64,000 bases of DNA, from the NCBI GenBank assembly GCA_963847705.1, contig CAWKBC010000021.1, positions 64,001-128,000 of the forward strand, in the 5' to 3' direction. Position 1 is the first letter of the stretch, and each line of letters begins with the position of its first letter. Shown here in pieces: positions 30,797-41,856 of this stretch. Position numbers and translations under genes: made by a program. The notes below the pieces were generated by a model. The model worked only from the letters and a program-made list of their open reading frames with translations, was not told where the DNA came from and did no database searches. Source of the DNA: an uncultured Pseudomonadota bacterium. GTDB taxonomy: Bacteria; Myxococcota_A; Polyangia; Fen-1088.

Positions 30797-32284
30797 CTAG
30801 AAGTAGAAGGAGAACCGAAGACGGACGCTATAATTCTCGTCGTCATACGTCGGGGCGGGACTGGTGCTCGCCTGTAGGAAGTGAGCCCGCGAGTAGCTCC
30901 CCACCAGCTTGATGTAAAGCTGCTGGAAGACCACGTACTGGACGGCGGCGAAGCTTTGCCACAGCCAGTAGTTGTCGACGACGGCAAAATTGGCGGGGTT
31001 GTTCTGGTCCACGTCGCGGGTGAAGAGCCCCCCCACGCCGAAGATGAGAGGATAGCGTTCGCTGCCGTTGGAGACGTTGGCGAACCCGCCGTAGCTGGTC
31101 CGGGTGAAGCTCCCTTGCCTGTTCTCCTGCCCCTGGGCGTCGAAGGAGAGAACCGTTCCCTGCGCGGCGTTGAAGCCGAACTCGATGTGCGGCTCGAACA
31201 CGAACTGCACGGCGCCGCCGACTCCCTTTGAGGTGGTCTCGAGCTGGCTGCCTGTGTTCTGCGAGGTTTCGCGCTGCCACTCCACGCCCCCCTTGAGCTT
31301 CAGCCAACCGAAGTCGAGGATGGCGACGGGGCGGGTCGCGACCACAGGGCCGCTGCTGAAGCTCCCCACGGTTCCCAGCGCCTCGAAGCGAAGGAACGGC
31401 AACGGATAGTAGTGGACCGCCATGTTGCCTGCGGCGCCGTTCGGCCGGAACTGGTTGTCGGTCAGTCCGTAGTAGGAGACAACCGGATCGCCGGGGCCGA
31501 TTGCGCCCTGGCGCTCGAACGTGTTCTGGTCCAGGCCCATGCCGAGGTGAAAGACCTCCCACCCCTCGAAGCGGCCGACCTGGAAGTCCCACCTGTTCCA
31601 CTGCCCGATGCGCAACCAGAGATCGTCCGTGTCGGCGCCGCCGACGTCCGACCGCTGGATCGTCTGGTTCTCGGTCCCGACCAGCTCCACCTGGCCCTGG
31701 ACGAACCAGTCGGCGAACGAGTAGGTCGGCGTGACCCGCAACAGCATGCGCCCTTGCTGCGTTGCATAGGCGAGTTGGTCCTGTCCGATCGCTTGTTGGT
31801 TCTGGCCCCAGGGGGCGAACTTCACATAGGCGGTGTCGAGCCAACCCCAGCCCGAAAGGCCGATCACGAACCGATCGCGGCCAGACTTGGCGGGCAAGTA
31901 CGGCCACTGCAGGCCGTGGAAGGTGAGCCACAACGAGCCGTACTTGAGGCCGCGAGTCTGCGGCTCGGGGTAAGCCGACCCGGGGAGCCGCTGGACGCCG
32001 ATCTCGGTGACCGGGGGCGCCTCGACCGCCGGTTCAGGGGGCGGTGGGATCGAGCCCCCGACCGCAGTCGCTTCCCGGGCCGGCGCCGGTGAGGCGACGG
32101 CCGGGTTCGGCTGCACCGGAACCGGCACCACGACAACGGTCGATGGCGGCGGGACGGCCGGAGCGGTTTCGGTCGGCGGTGCTTCGGTCGGGTCCCCCGC
32201 CCCGGCAGCGAGCGCGGTCGACCCGGCAAAAAGAACGAACGCGGTCAGGAGACCAGTCTGGGCACGGCGGGCAATTGTTTTCAT
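30797..32284 (-). CDS. Outer-membrane porin-like beta-barrel protein
   Basis: Signal peptide, Pro-rich linker, aromatic amphipathic strands, C-terminal RLRFSFYF; ATGA overlap with GH3. Confidence 0.7.
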   Translation of the reverse strand: MKTIARRAQTGLLTAFVLFAGSTALAAGAGDPTEAPPTETAPAVPPPSTVVVVPVPVQPNPAVASPAPAREATAVGGSIPPPPEPAVEAPPVTEIGVQRLPGSAYPEPQTRGLKYGSLWLTFHGLQWPYLPAKSGRDRFVIGLSGWGWLDTAYVKFAPWGQNQQAIGQDQLAYATQQGRMLLRVTPTYSFADWFVQGQVELVGTENQTIQRSDVGGADTDDLWLRIGQWNRWDFQVGRFEGWEVFHLGMGLDQNTFERQGAIGPGDPVVSYYGLTDNQFRPNGAAGNMAVHYYPLPFLRFEALGTVGSFSSGPVVATRPVAILDFGWLKLKGGVEWQRETSQNTGSQLETTSKGVGGAVQFVFEPHIEFGFNAAQGTVLSFDAQGQENRQGSFTRTSYGGFANVSNGSERYPLIFGVGGLFTRDVDQNNPANFAVVDNYWLWQSFAAVQYVVFQQLYIKLVGSYSRAHFLQASTSPAPTYDDENYSVRLRFSFYF

Positions 32285-34897
32285 TGAGGAGGTCCGACGG
32301 TGTAGCCGGTAACGTTCACGGTTTGCGTGGGTAGAAATTGAGTCGTTCCATCGTTCGGATTCTGGGCACCGTCAGTCACCATGATGTTGACCGGTCCGCT
32401 CTCCACGACCCAAGAGCCCGTGGTCGCGGTCGGCGAGTCTGCCTTGAAGTAATCGAGATCCGACAGCCGGACGTTGATCAGCACCTGCTTCGCCTCACCC
32501 GCGGCGAGGCTCACGCGCGCGAAGCCTTTGAGCTCCTTGGGAGCCCGCCGGGCCGTTGTGTTGGGGAACGACACGAAGACCATCACAGTGTCGTCACCGG
32601 CGACCGTGCCGGTGTTCTTGACGTTGACGTAGACGGGCAAAACGGACCCCTGGACCAACGGGCTGGTGCACCCGAGCTGCACGTTGGAGAGCGCGAACGT
32701 CGTGTAGCTGAGCCCGGCTCCGAACGGAAACACCGGCGTGATGTGGTTGTAGTCGAAATAGCGGTAGCCGACGTAGTAGTCGAACGTCGTCTCGCCGCCG
32801 GGAGAGTCGAACGGGTCGCCATATTGTTGCTCTTGGCCCCAGGTGAACGGGAGCTTTCCGCCGAAGTTGTAGGACGTCCCGTTGACCTCGCCCCAGAGCA
32901 GATCTGCGAGCGCCTCCCCGCCCCGCTGACCGGGGTACCAGGCCATGACCACAGCGGGGACCTGGGAGAGCCAGGGCATCGCGATCACGCTCCCCCCCTC
33001 CAGAACGACCACCATCGGCTTTCCGCTGGCGGCCACCTGTTGGATGAGCTTGTCCTGGATGCCCTGGTACGGGCCTGTCTGCTTGGCGTCGAGCCCCAGG
33101 CAGTTCCCCAGGTTGACGCACTTGGAGTTTCGGTCGGCTGCGTTCGTGTACTCCTCGCCCTCGTCCTGTGCGGTGAGGCCGGCGACCACCACGACGAAGT
33201 CGGCGGCGCTCACCGCGCTCGTCACGGCGCTGAGGTCCCCAGACGTGGTGTTTGTCGCAGTCGTGACGTTGACCGACCCGCCAGAGCAGGAGGTTCCGGA
33301 GACCGTGCCGCCCGACGCGGCACAGAGTCCGGCGAAGGGACCGACCGACTTGGCCGGGTCGGGGTAGACGCGGCTCGAATCCGAGGTCACCCCCGCGGAC
33401 ATCCGTGGCGAAGTTCACGCTGGAGCTGCCCTCGACCACCGCATAGGGGACCGTGGCGCCCACGACGGCCAGATTCTTGATCGCCGGGCTGATGGGAAGA
33501 ACCCCGTTGTTCTTGAGGAGGACCATGCTCTCCAGCGCCGCGCGCGTCGCCAGCGCCAGATGGGACGCGTCGCACGTGATCGAGCTGGTCGCGGTGTTAT
33601 AGGTCGTGACCGGCTGTTTGAGCCCGACGGTTCCCGTGAGCTTGTCGGACTTGAAGCGGTATTTCTCGTAGAGGATTCTCTGCACGGCGGCGTCGAGCTG
33701 GGGTTTCGTCACGGAGTGCGCGTTGTAGAGGTTCTGGAGCTGGCCGTAGTTGAACGACCAGGGGAGCTCGACATCCAACCCCGCGTTGATGGCCGAGACC
33801 GCGTTGCTCTTCTTGGTGCTCGTGTCGAGGTTTTGGTTGCTGCTGCCGGGCATCGCCCACCAGTCGCTGAGGATGAACCCCTTGAACCCGAAGTCGGTGC
33901 GCAGCACATCGGTCAATGTGTGCGGGTTGACTGTCGACTTCAGCCCGTTCACCGCGTTGTAGGACGCCATCACCGAGGCCACGCCGGCGTCCTGCACCAC
34001 CATCCGGAAGTGACGCCCGTAGATCTCCCGCAGCGTCTGCTCGTCCATGTCCGAGACGTTCTGTTGTCGGCCGGCCTCCACGTCGTAGCCCATGTAGTGC
34101 TTGGCGTTGGCGGCGATGTGCTGCTGGATGCCGACGGTCATCGCGGAGGCCAGGCGGCCGATCTGATAGGGATCCTCGCCGTAGGTCTCCTGCGCGCGGC
34201 CCCAGTACGGGTGGCGGAGGAGGTTCATGCAGGGCGCGAGCAGCAGCGTCTGCTGCGCGGCCTGCATCTCGTCGCCGATCGCTTCGCCGACCGCGTACTC
34301 GAGGTCGAGATCGAAGGCCGCGCCGCGCGCCATGCTGACCGGGAAGGAAGTCGAGTAGCCGACACTCTGACCGAGGACCTGGTGGCCGTCGGTCTTGTAG
34401 TTCGGGTCGGGGGGGTTGCCGTCCATGTCTTCGCCGAGGTTCACGCCGCGGGAGGCGTCCCGGTAGCGGTAGCCGCGAATGGTGGCGGTGTCTTGGCTGC
34501 GCTGGGTGTCGGTGAAGTTCCCCTGGCTGCTGGAGCCGAAGGGCATCCCGGTCATCTGCAACTGCTCGTCTGCCACGGAGATGGTCGTCATCGTATTGGC
34601 GACCTGGGCAAGGATCGCCGGGTCGTTGAAGCCGTAGCCCTGGCTGTATTTGTCGATGGCATTGCCGGTCGGGTTTGCCGCGCAGGCCTGCGGCGTGACG
34701 ACGTTCTCGACGTCACCCGTGACCACCGTGCTGACCACGCCGGCGCCGGCATCCGCCACATTGAGAGAGCACGTCGGCGACGTGCTGCCACCGTCTCCCT
34801 GTGCCTGCCCCTTCGGCAGCGGCAATGAGCAGGCCGACACGGCCAAACAACCAACCGCGGTCCAAAGCAACGACTTGAGCAATTTCATGTTCTGCAT
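32281..34897 (-). CDS. GH3 beta-glucosidase lipoprotein; apparent +1 frameshift at 33377-33381
   Basis: Lipobox VSAC; WGRAQETYGEDP, KHY, MASYN, SDW; C-terminal AWYPGQ, GKLPFTW, YVGYRY, ELKGF in a second frame; removing one base restores DLGSSRVYPDP (872 codons). Confidence 0.88.
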
Positions 34898-35155
34898 TTA
34901 GAACTCCTGGCAGCCTCGAAATGACTTTAGGGGGACGAATAAATTTTGATGAATCGCGACGACTCCATGAACTGACGAGCGGGTCGCACCGTAGCACGGG
35001 TCACGGTCCCCGTAGCACGCATTATCGAGCACGATCTGCGAGGCGCGCGCGACGCCGGCCGTCGTGCCCCACTCGGGTCCCGTCGCGGCGAAAGCGCAAC
35101 GAAGCCTCGGGTCTCGCCACCCGATTCGAACAATGATCCTGAGCTTCGCGCACGG

Positions 35156-35368
35156 CTAAGGCACGTAATCGACAGTGGCCCCCCCGTTGCCGGGCCTGGA
35201 GAATTGAAGCTTCTCGCGACCGAGGGAGACGAGGTCCATCGCCGAACTTCCGGAATTGTACATGACGGCAACGATGCTGCCGTCCACGTTCTTGAAGGCG
35301 AGCGCGTCGCCGCCGCTGGTGGCGACGACCTTGGCGCCGGGCCGAACGAACTGCGAGACGTGGCGTAG
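35156..35368 (-). pseudogene. C-terminal remnant of a GH30 gene
   Basis: RHVSQFVRPGAKVVATSGGDALAFKNVDGSIVAVMYNSGS...KLQF...ATVDYVP matches the C-terminus of the GH30 at 39745-41823; no catalytic domain upstream. Confidence 0.8.
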
Positions 35369-35878
35369 CCCGCCCGGGCCGGGGGCCCCGCCGGTGCCCC
35401 GCGTGCCGCCCAGTCCCTTCGAGCAAGACGCCCCGGGGAACCCAACCCCGAGGCCGAAGATCGAGGCGCGCGCGCTGGTCATGACCCGAAGATTCCCGTC
35501 AGGGGCGAAAGCGATCCCGCGCACGATGCCATTCGACACGCGGTTCTGGACGCGCATGGCATCCGCGCACGATGCACCTGGGTTCTCGGCCGCGTCCTCG
35601 CATCCTTGGCTTCCGTCTCTCATTTATGGCGGGCGCTCCGAGCGGGCCTGCTCGAGCTGCAGTTCTTCCGGCGCATGAGCTGGGGCGACGTTCTGTCGTC
35701 GTCGGGACGGACCATCCGGAGCGAGCTCGTCCATCGTTAGAGCGCCGGACAGCGCCGGCGTCGCGCACGATACCGACCGGCACGACGGATCGTCATCGCG
35801 AGCGGATCGCGTCTGCGCTGTTCGGCTTCAGTGAGCCGGCCCCGGGCTGCGTCGCCACCGCGGTGTATCCTCGGTTCG

Positions 35879-36811
35879 ATGCTGGAAGGCGTGACCATCG
35901 AACAGCTCCGCACGCTGCGCGCGGTGGCCGAGGCCGGCAGCTTCTCGGCGGCGGCCCGCAAGCTGGGGCGCGTGCAGGCGGCGGTCAGCCAGGCGATCGA
36001 TCGGCTGGAGGCGCAGCTCGGGCTCCGGCTCTTCGATCGCACCGGGCGGGTCCCCGTGCTGACGGCGCACGGCGAGGCCGTCGTCGAGGCTGCGGCCAAG
36101 GTCGAAGGCGGGGTGGAGGCCCTCGAAGAGCTGGTGGCCAGCTTGAAGCGGGGCGCGGAGCGGACGCTGCACATCGTCGTCGACGTCATGTTCCCGACCG
36201 AGTCGCTGGTGGCGTTCGCCAGGGACTTCGCGCGCGAGCATCCCGACGTCGGGCTGCTGCTCTTCACCGAGATCCTCTCGGGCGTCACGGCGCACGTGCG
36301 CGAGAAACGCTCGGCCTGGGGCATCGCCATCGAGGACGCCGACCTCAGCGACCTCGACAGCCGTCCGATCGCCGACGTGCGCCTGATTCCGGTCGCGGCC
36401 CCGGGGCATCCGCTGGCCTTGCGCGAAGGCCGGATCGAGGCGGGCGTGCTGGCCGAGACGGTGCAAATCGTGCAGGGGCAGCACCGCCCGGACGGCGAGC
36501 CGGGGCACGACGACCACGGCGTCTTTTCACCCAAGACCTGGCGAGTCGTCGACCTGGCGACCAAGCAGGCGCTGATCGCCGGTGGGCTCGGCTGGGGGCA
36601 CATGCCCGAGCACCTCGTGCGCGAGGAGCTCCGGAGCGGCCGGCTGGTCGAGCTCCGGCTCGACGCCTGGGGGAGCGTGGCGCCGCGCAGATCGCTGGTC
36701 CTGGTGTGGCGGCGTCAGGCCGTCATGGGCCCGGTGGCCGAGTGGGCGCAGCGCCGGCTGTCGGAGCTCTGCAAGAAGGTGGTGGAACCGGGGCCCCCTC
36801 ACGGCGGGTGA
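35879..36811 (+). CDS. LysR family transcriptional regulator
   Basis: HTH GSFSAAARKLGRVQAAVSQAIDRLEAQLG..LFDR; GLGWGHMP. Confidence 0.92.
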   Translation: MLEGVTIEQLRTLRAVAEAGSFSAAARKLGRVQAAVSQAIDRLEAQLGLRLFDRTGRVPVLTAHGEAVVEAAAKVEGGVEALEELVASLKRGAERTLHIVVDVMFPTESLVAFARDFAREHPDVGLLLFTEILSGVTAHVREKRSAWGIAIEDADLSDLDSRPIADVRLIPVAAPGHPLALREGRIEAGVLAETVQIVQGQHRPDGEPGHDDHGVFSPKTWRVVDLATKQALIAGGLGWGHMPEHLVREELRSGRLVELRLDAWGSVAPRRSLVLVWRRQAVMGPVAEWAQRRLSELCKKVVEPGPPHGG

Positions 36812-36870
36812 TACCAGTCATCACCTCACCGGCAGTGTTCCGCTCTGGCCAGGCGATTACACTCGTGACC

Positions 36871-37791
36871 ATGAAAACTCAGGTTGCAACCCGTACGGCG
36901 CCGCCCACGGCCACCACGGCCGCGCTCCGCAGCGTCGAGAGCGTCCACCGCAGCACGACCTTTCACTGGGTCGGAAACGGCTTCCACGTGTCGACCTACT
37001 TTCCGAGCGAGGGCCTGCCGCCCGAGCGGGTGAGCCCGTTCGTGCTGATGGACTACGGTCCCCCCAAGGAGTTCACGCCGCTGGCGCGTGGCAAGCGTGG
37101 CGTCGGCTGGCATCCCCACCGTGGGTTCGAGACGGTCACCCTGGCCTGGGAGGGCGCGGTCGCTCACCAGGACAACGCCGGGCACGCCGGCGTGATCGGC
37201 CCCGGCGACGTCCAGTGGATGACCGCCGGGCGCGGCATCTTTCACGAGGAGTACCACGAGGCCGAGTTCTCCCGCGCCGGTGGCCGCATGCACATGATGC
37301 AGCTCTGGGTGAACCTGCCCGCCAAGGACAAGACGGCGGCGCCCGCCTACCAGCCGATCACCGCGGCCGACATTCCGCGGGTGGCGCTGGCGGGCGGCGG
37401 CGAGGTGCGGGTCATCGCCGGCGCGTACGAAGAGGCGCGCGGTCCGGCCCACACCTTCACGCCGATCACGATGCTGGACGTGCGCCTCCCCGCGGGTGGC
37501 AAGCTCCCGCTCACGCTCCCGGCGACCCACAACGCGCTGGCCGTGGTCACCAAGGGACGCGTTCGCGCAGGCCAGGAGTCCGGGCTGGCCGGCGAGCTGA
37601 TCCTGTTCGGAAACGACGGCGATAGCCTGGAGCTCACCGCCGACGAGGAGAGCCACATCGTGCTCCTGGCGAGCGCTCCGCTCGACGAGCCGATCGTCCA
37701 GTACGGCCCCTTCGTCATGAATAGCTTCGAAGAGATCCGGCAAGCGATCGCCGACGTCGAAACGGGAAAGTTCGGTCCGGTTCCCGGCTAA
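36871..37791 (+). CDS. Pirin family protein
   Basis: SPF..MDY, HPHRGFETVT, GDVQWMTAG.GIFHEE, QLWVNLP, YGPFVMN. Confidence 0.93.
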   Translation: MKTQVATRTAPPTATTAALRSVESVHRSTTFHWVGNGFHVSTYFPSEGLPPERVSPFVLMDYGPPKEFTPLARGKRGVGWHPHRGFETVTLAWEGAVAHQDNAGHAGVIGPGDVQWMTAGRGIFHEEYHEAEFSRAGGRMHMMQLWVNLPAKDKTAAPAYQPITAADIPRVALAGGGEVRVIAGAYEEARGPAHTFTPITMLDVRLPAGGKLPLTLPATHNALAVVTKGRVRAGQESGLAGELILFGNDGDSLELTADEESHIVLLASAPLDEPIVQYGPFVMNSFEEIRQAIADVETGKFGPVPG

Positions 37792-37913
37792 TACCAACGC
37801 GATCGCGCGGCGTGACCGAACCTCAGCTCGTTTCGCCAGATATGAGAACAAGCGACCACTAATGTGAAATGAAGCCGGTACAGCGCCTCCTCTAATCTTT
37901 CGGAGGCGACTGT

Positions 37914-39686
37914 ATGAAACTCAGATTTGATTTCCCGGTATTCCTGCTCGTCGGAGCGGTGTCGATGGTGGGCTGCGGAAACTCCGGCTCCGGCGGCTCG
38001 GGCTCCGGTGGAAGTGGCGGCACGGTCGCCTCGGGCGGCAGCACCGGGAGCGGTGGAAGCAGCAGAGGCGGTTCGGGCGGCACCACCGGCAGCGGCGGCT
38101 CCGGTGGATCGCCCGCGACGGGCGGAAGCCACGGCAGCGGCGGCGCGGTCGGAACCGGCGGCGCGCCGGCCACGGGCGGCGCGAACGGCAGCGGCGGCGC
38201 CACCGCGACCGGCGGCGCCAGTGGTGTCGGCGGTACTTCGGGCACCTCGGGTAAAGGCGGCGCGGCGGGTGGCGGAGGTGGCACGGCCGGAAGCGGCGCC
38301 GGCGGCTCTGCGACGGGCGGGGGAACCGGAGCGGCAGGTTCCGGCGGTGCAACGGGCGGCGCGGGCGGTGGAAGCGCCGCCGTCGCGAAGCCGTCGTTCG
38401 ACTGGGTCGGGGTGGTCGGCTCCGGGCAGAGCCTCTCGGTCGGCACCACGCCGGCGGCCTTGACCACGCAGCCCTACAACAACTTGATGCTCGCGCTCAA
38501 CGGCGCCACCGTCCCTGGCACCGGCACCAACCCGTGGGACCCCACGGTGGCCGGCCTGACGATGGTGCCGCTGGTCGAGCCGGTGCGCGCGCTCGAGACC
38601 GCCTATCCCAGCCCCTATCCGGGCAACATCTACGGCGAGACGCCGCACGCCGCGATGGCCAACGAGATCACCCGGTTCGTGAAGGCCGCCTCGGCCAGCG
38701 CCGACTACGTCACCGTGCACACCATCGTCGGCGAGAGCGGGCAGGGCGTCGTCGCGCTGGTCAAGGAAGCCGCCGGAGCCGACACCGGCACCACCGGGCG
38801 CGCCTACGCGGCGACCATCTTCGAGGCCGGCGCCATCACCGGGCTGGCCAAGGCCGCCGGCAAGAGCTACGGCGTCGGCGTGGTGGTGATGACCCACGGC
38901 GAGACCGACTGCTCCAACGCGACCTACGGCGCCTCCCTGGTCCAGCTCCTGTCCGACTACAACACCGACATCTCGGCGATCACCGGGCAGACCTACAAGA
39001 TCCCGATGTACCTGTCGCAGCAGCACGGCTGCCCGGGCGCCCCCGCCTGCACCGCCGAGACGGACCTGCGTCCGCTGGCCAACGATCAGCAGTGGCAGCT
39101 CGGCGTGCAGCACAAAGGTGACTTCGTCTGCACGGGGCCGAAGTATCAATATCCGGCGCACTCCGACGGCGACGGCATTCATCTCAACGTGACCGGCTAC
39201 GAGCTCCTGGGCGAGAAGACCGCCGAGATCTACTACCAGCGCGCGGTCCTCGGTCAGGACTGGCAGCCGCTGGCGCCCACCGGCGTGTCCCGCAACGGTC
39301 GCGTGGTCACCGTGCAGTTCCACGTGCCGGTGGAGCCGCTCAACTGGGACACCAGCTTCGACGCGCCGAAGATCACCGCCTGGGCCAACGGCAAGGGCTT
39401 CGAGCTCTTCACCGCGACGAGCTCGACCGTCGCCAGCTCGAGCACGAACATCACCATCAGCTCGGTCGCCATCTCTGGCGACTCCGTCCAGATCACCGCC
39501 AGCGCCGATCTGCCAACCAGCGGCCTTTACGTGGCCTACGCCCTCACCAACCAGGGCAAGCAGTCGTCCAACCACTCCAAGGCAGTTCGCTGGGGGCAGC
39601 TGCGCGATTCCGATCCCTTCATGGGCGGCACCACCAAGCAGGCCAATCCGAACTACGCAGTTTCGTTCAGCATGCCCGTCCCCTGA
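37914..39686 (+). CDS. Lipoprotein with G/S/T linker and SGNH-type (CE6/SASA-like) esterase domain
   Basis: Lipobox MVGC, long Gly-rich linker, GSGQSL, HGETD, DGIHL. Confidence 0.7.
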   Translation: MKLRFDFPVFLLVGAVSMVGCGNSGSGGSGSGGSGGTVASGGSTGSGGSSRGGSGGTTGSGGSGGSPATGGSHGSGGAVGTGGAPATGGANGSGGATATGGASGVGGTSGTSGKGGAAGGGGGTAGSGAGGSATGGGTGAAGSGGATGGAGGGSAAVAKPSFDWVGVVGSGQSLSVGTTPAALTTQPYNNLMLALNGATVPGTGTNPWDPTVAGLTMVPLVEPVRALETAYPSPYPGNIYGETPHAAMANEITRFVKAASASADYVTVHTIVGESGQGVVALVKEAAGADTGTTGRAYAATIFEAGAITGLAKAAGKSYGVGVVVMTHGETDCSNATYGASLVQLLSDYNTDISAITGQTYKIPMYLSQQHGCPGAPACTAETDLRPLANDQQWQLGVQHKGDFVCTGPKYQYPAHSDGDGIHLNVTGYELLGEKTAEIYYQRAVLGQDWQPLAPTGVSRNGRVVTVQFHVPVEPLNWDTSFDAPKITAWANGKGFELFTATSSTVASSSTNITISSVAISGDSVQITASADLPTSGLYVAYALTNQGKQSSNHSKAVRWGQLRDSDPFMGGTTKQANPNYAVSFSMPVP

Positions 39687-39744
39687 GCTTCTTGGGCGCG
39701 CGGGTTCGCGATCACTTTCGGCCCCGCCGGGAATAGCGGTCGAG

Positions 39745-41823
39745 ATGACGACCGCAGGGGTACGGCTCTCGGTGCGAATTTTGGGCCTTGGTCTCGTGCT
39801 CCTCACCGTGGCTTGCAGCAAGGGGACCGGTGGAACGACCGGCACCGGCGGGACCACCGGCACGGGCGGAAGCACTTGCCCCGGCACGGAGACCGCCTGC
39901 GGCACCGACTGCATCGACACCTCGTCCGACCCGATGAACTGCGGCGCCTGCGGCATTCCCTGCGCGACGGGACAGGTGTGCCAGGGCGGAGCGTGCCAGT
40001 GCCAGCCCGGGCTGATGTCCTGCAACGGCTCCTGCGTCCCGTCCGATGCGACGCACTGTGGGAGCTGTTCGGTGTCCTGCCAGTCGAGCCAGGTCTGCAG
40101 CAACGGCACGTGTGCCTCGAGCTGCGACGCCGGCCTGACGCTCTGTGGATCGAGCTGCGTCGACACGACGGCCAGCAGCACCAGCTGCGGCAGCTGTGGA
40201 ACGGCCTGCGGGGCCACCGAGCACTGCGCCGGCAGCAGCTGCGTCGCCAACGTGACGACGGGAACCGGCGGGACGCCCGGCGCGGGCGGAACGACGGCCT
40301 CCGGCGGGTCGAGCGGCACCGGCGGGACCGGCACCGGCGGGTCGACCGCGACCGGCGGCAGCGCTGGCTCCTCGGGAACCGGTGGGTCGGCGGCGACGGG
40401 CGGAGCGCCCGGCATCGGTGGCGCGCCGCCCGCGCAGTCGAGCGTGGTCACCTCCGCGTCCGGGAGCTACTGGCAGAGCGGGACGTTGACGACGGTGACC
40501 AGCGGGAGCGCCACCGTCACCGTCACGGACAGCTCGGTCGCCCAGACCTGGGAAGGGTTCGGCGGCGCCTTCAACGAGGCTGGCTGGAACTACCTCTCGA
40601 TGCTCAGCCAGAGCGACCGGGACAACGCGCTTCAGATGCTTTACGGCACCAACGGCGCGCACTTCAACATCGGCCGCGTCCCCATCGGTGCGAACGACTA
40701 CGCCATCAGCCGCTACACCGACGACGAGGTGGCGAGCGGCAGCACCGATTACAACATGACCAGCTTCTCGCTCACCGAGGACCTGAAGTACCTCATCCCC
40801 TACATCAAGGCGGCGCAGGCGGTGAACGGCAGCATCCGCTTCTGGGGCAGCCCCTGGACCCCGCCCACCTGGATGAAGACCAGCAGCGGCTCGGTCAACG
40901 GAACGGCCTGCACCTACAGCGGCACGGCCTTCGACAGCGGCTGCATGACCGACAACGCCCAGGTCCTGACCGCCTACGCCCAGTACTTCATCAAGTGGGT
41001 GCAGGGATATGCGGCGCAGGGGATCACCATCGAATCGATCGGCCCGCAGAACGAGCCGAACTACTTCGACAACTACCCGTCCTGCGGCTGGGCGTCGCCG
41101 CTGTTCGCGAAGTTCGTCGGCCAGTATCTCGGCCCGGCCTTCACCGCCGCGAACATGACGACCAAGATCATGCTCGGCACCATGTCCAACGCCAACAGCG
41201 GCACCGATCCCGGCATCGTCAGCGCCGTGCTGGCCGACGCCACCGCCAAGAGCTACATCAAGCTGTTCGGCTACCAGTGGAACATGCTGCCCAACGTGGC
41301 CAGCGCGAAGTCCAACAATCTGCCCATCTGGCAGACCGAGCACAAATGCGGCAACTACCCCTGGAATCCAGCGGGCTTTCCCGCCTTCAACGCCAACATG
41401 GCGCCCAACGATTACGCCTATGGGGTGGAGAGCTGGGGCAACATCCACGACTGGATCGCCGCGGGCGTGACCGCCTACAACGCCTGGAACACGGTGCTCG
41501 ACACGGCGGGGAAGAACATCGACTCCGTGCGCCCCTGGCCGCAGAACGCGCTCATGACGGTCAACACCTCGACCAAGGCGTTGACCATCACGCCGGCCTA
41601 CTACGTCTTTCGCCACTGCTCCGAGTACGTCAGCCCGGGCGCCAAGGTCGTCGCGACGAGCGGCAGCGGCAGCTCGCTGGCCTTCAAGAACCCGGACGGC
41701 AGCATCGTCACGGTCATGTACAACTCCGGCTCGGCGTCGACCTACACGGTCGCCGTCGGCGGCCAGAAGCTCCAGTTCGCGATGCCCGCCAACGGATTCG
41801 CGACCGTCGTCTACGTGCCGTAG
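39745..41823 (+). CDS. GH30 glycoside hydrolase lipoprotein with Cys-rich repeats and G/S/T linker
   Basis: Lipobox TVAC, Cys-rich NCGACG repeats, GFGGAFNE, RVPIGANDY, SPWTPPTWMK, QNEP, QTE, AFKNPDGS. Confidence 0.9.
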   Translation: MTTAGVRLSVRILGLGLVLLTVACSKGTGGTTGTGGTTGTGGSTCPGTETACGTDCIDTSSDPMNCGACGIPCATGQVCQGGACQCQPGLMSCNGSCVPSDATHCGSCSVSCQSSQVCSNGTCASSCDAGLTLCGSSCVDTTASSTSCGSCGTACGATEHCAGSSCVANVTTGTGGTPGAGGTTASGGSSGTGGTGTGGSTATGGSAGSSGTGGSAATGGAPGIGGAPPAQSSVVTSASGSYWQSGTLTTVTSGSATVTVTDSSVAQTWEGFGGAFNEAGWNYLSMLSQSDRDNALQMLYGTNGAHFNIGRVPIGANDYAISRYTDDEVASGSTDYNMTSFSLTEDLKYLIPYIKAAQAVNGSIRFWGSPWTPPTWMKTSSGSVNGTACTYSGTAFDSGCMTDNAQVLTAYAQYFIKWVQGYAAQGITIESIGPQNEPNYFDNYPSCGWASPLFAKFVGQYLGPAFTAANMTTKIMLGTMSNANSGTDPGIVSAVLADATAKSYIKLFGYQWNMLPNVASAKSNNLPIWQTEHKCGNYPWNPAGFPAFNANMAPNDYAYGVESWGNIHDWIAAGVTAYNAWNTVLDTAGKNIDSVRPWPQNALMTVNTSTKALTITPAYYVFRHCSEYVSPGAKVVATSGSGSSLAFKNPDGSIVTVMYNSGSASTYTVAVGGQKLQFAMPANGFATVVYVP

Positions 41824-41856
41824 CGCCCGCGCGCCCCAGCGACGGTCCGAGGCGTG

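Noticed and set aside
37980-38380. GGC-rich repetitive tracts (also 7760-8050 and 40255-40430) as a repeat array or CRISPR
   Set aside because: They encode Gly/Ser/Thr linkers; no constant repeat-spacer period and no cas genes
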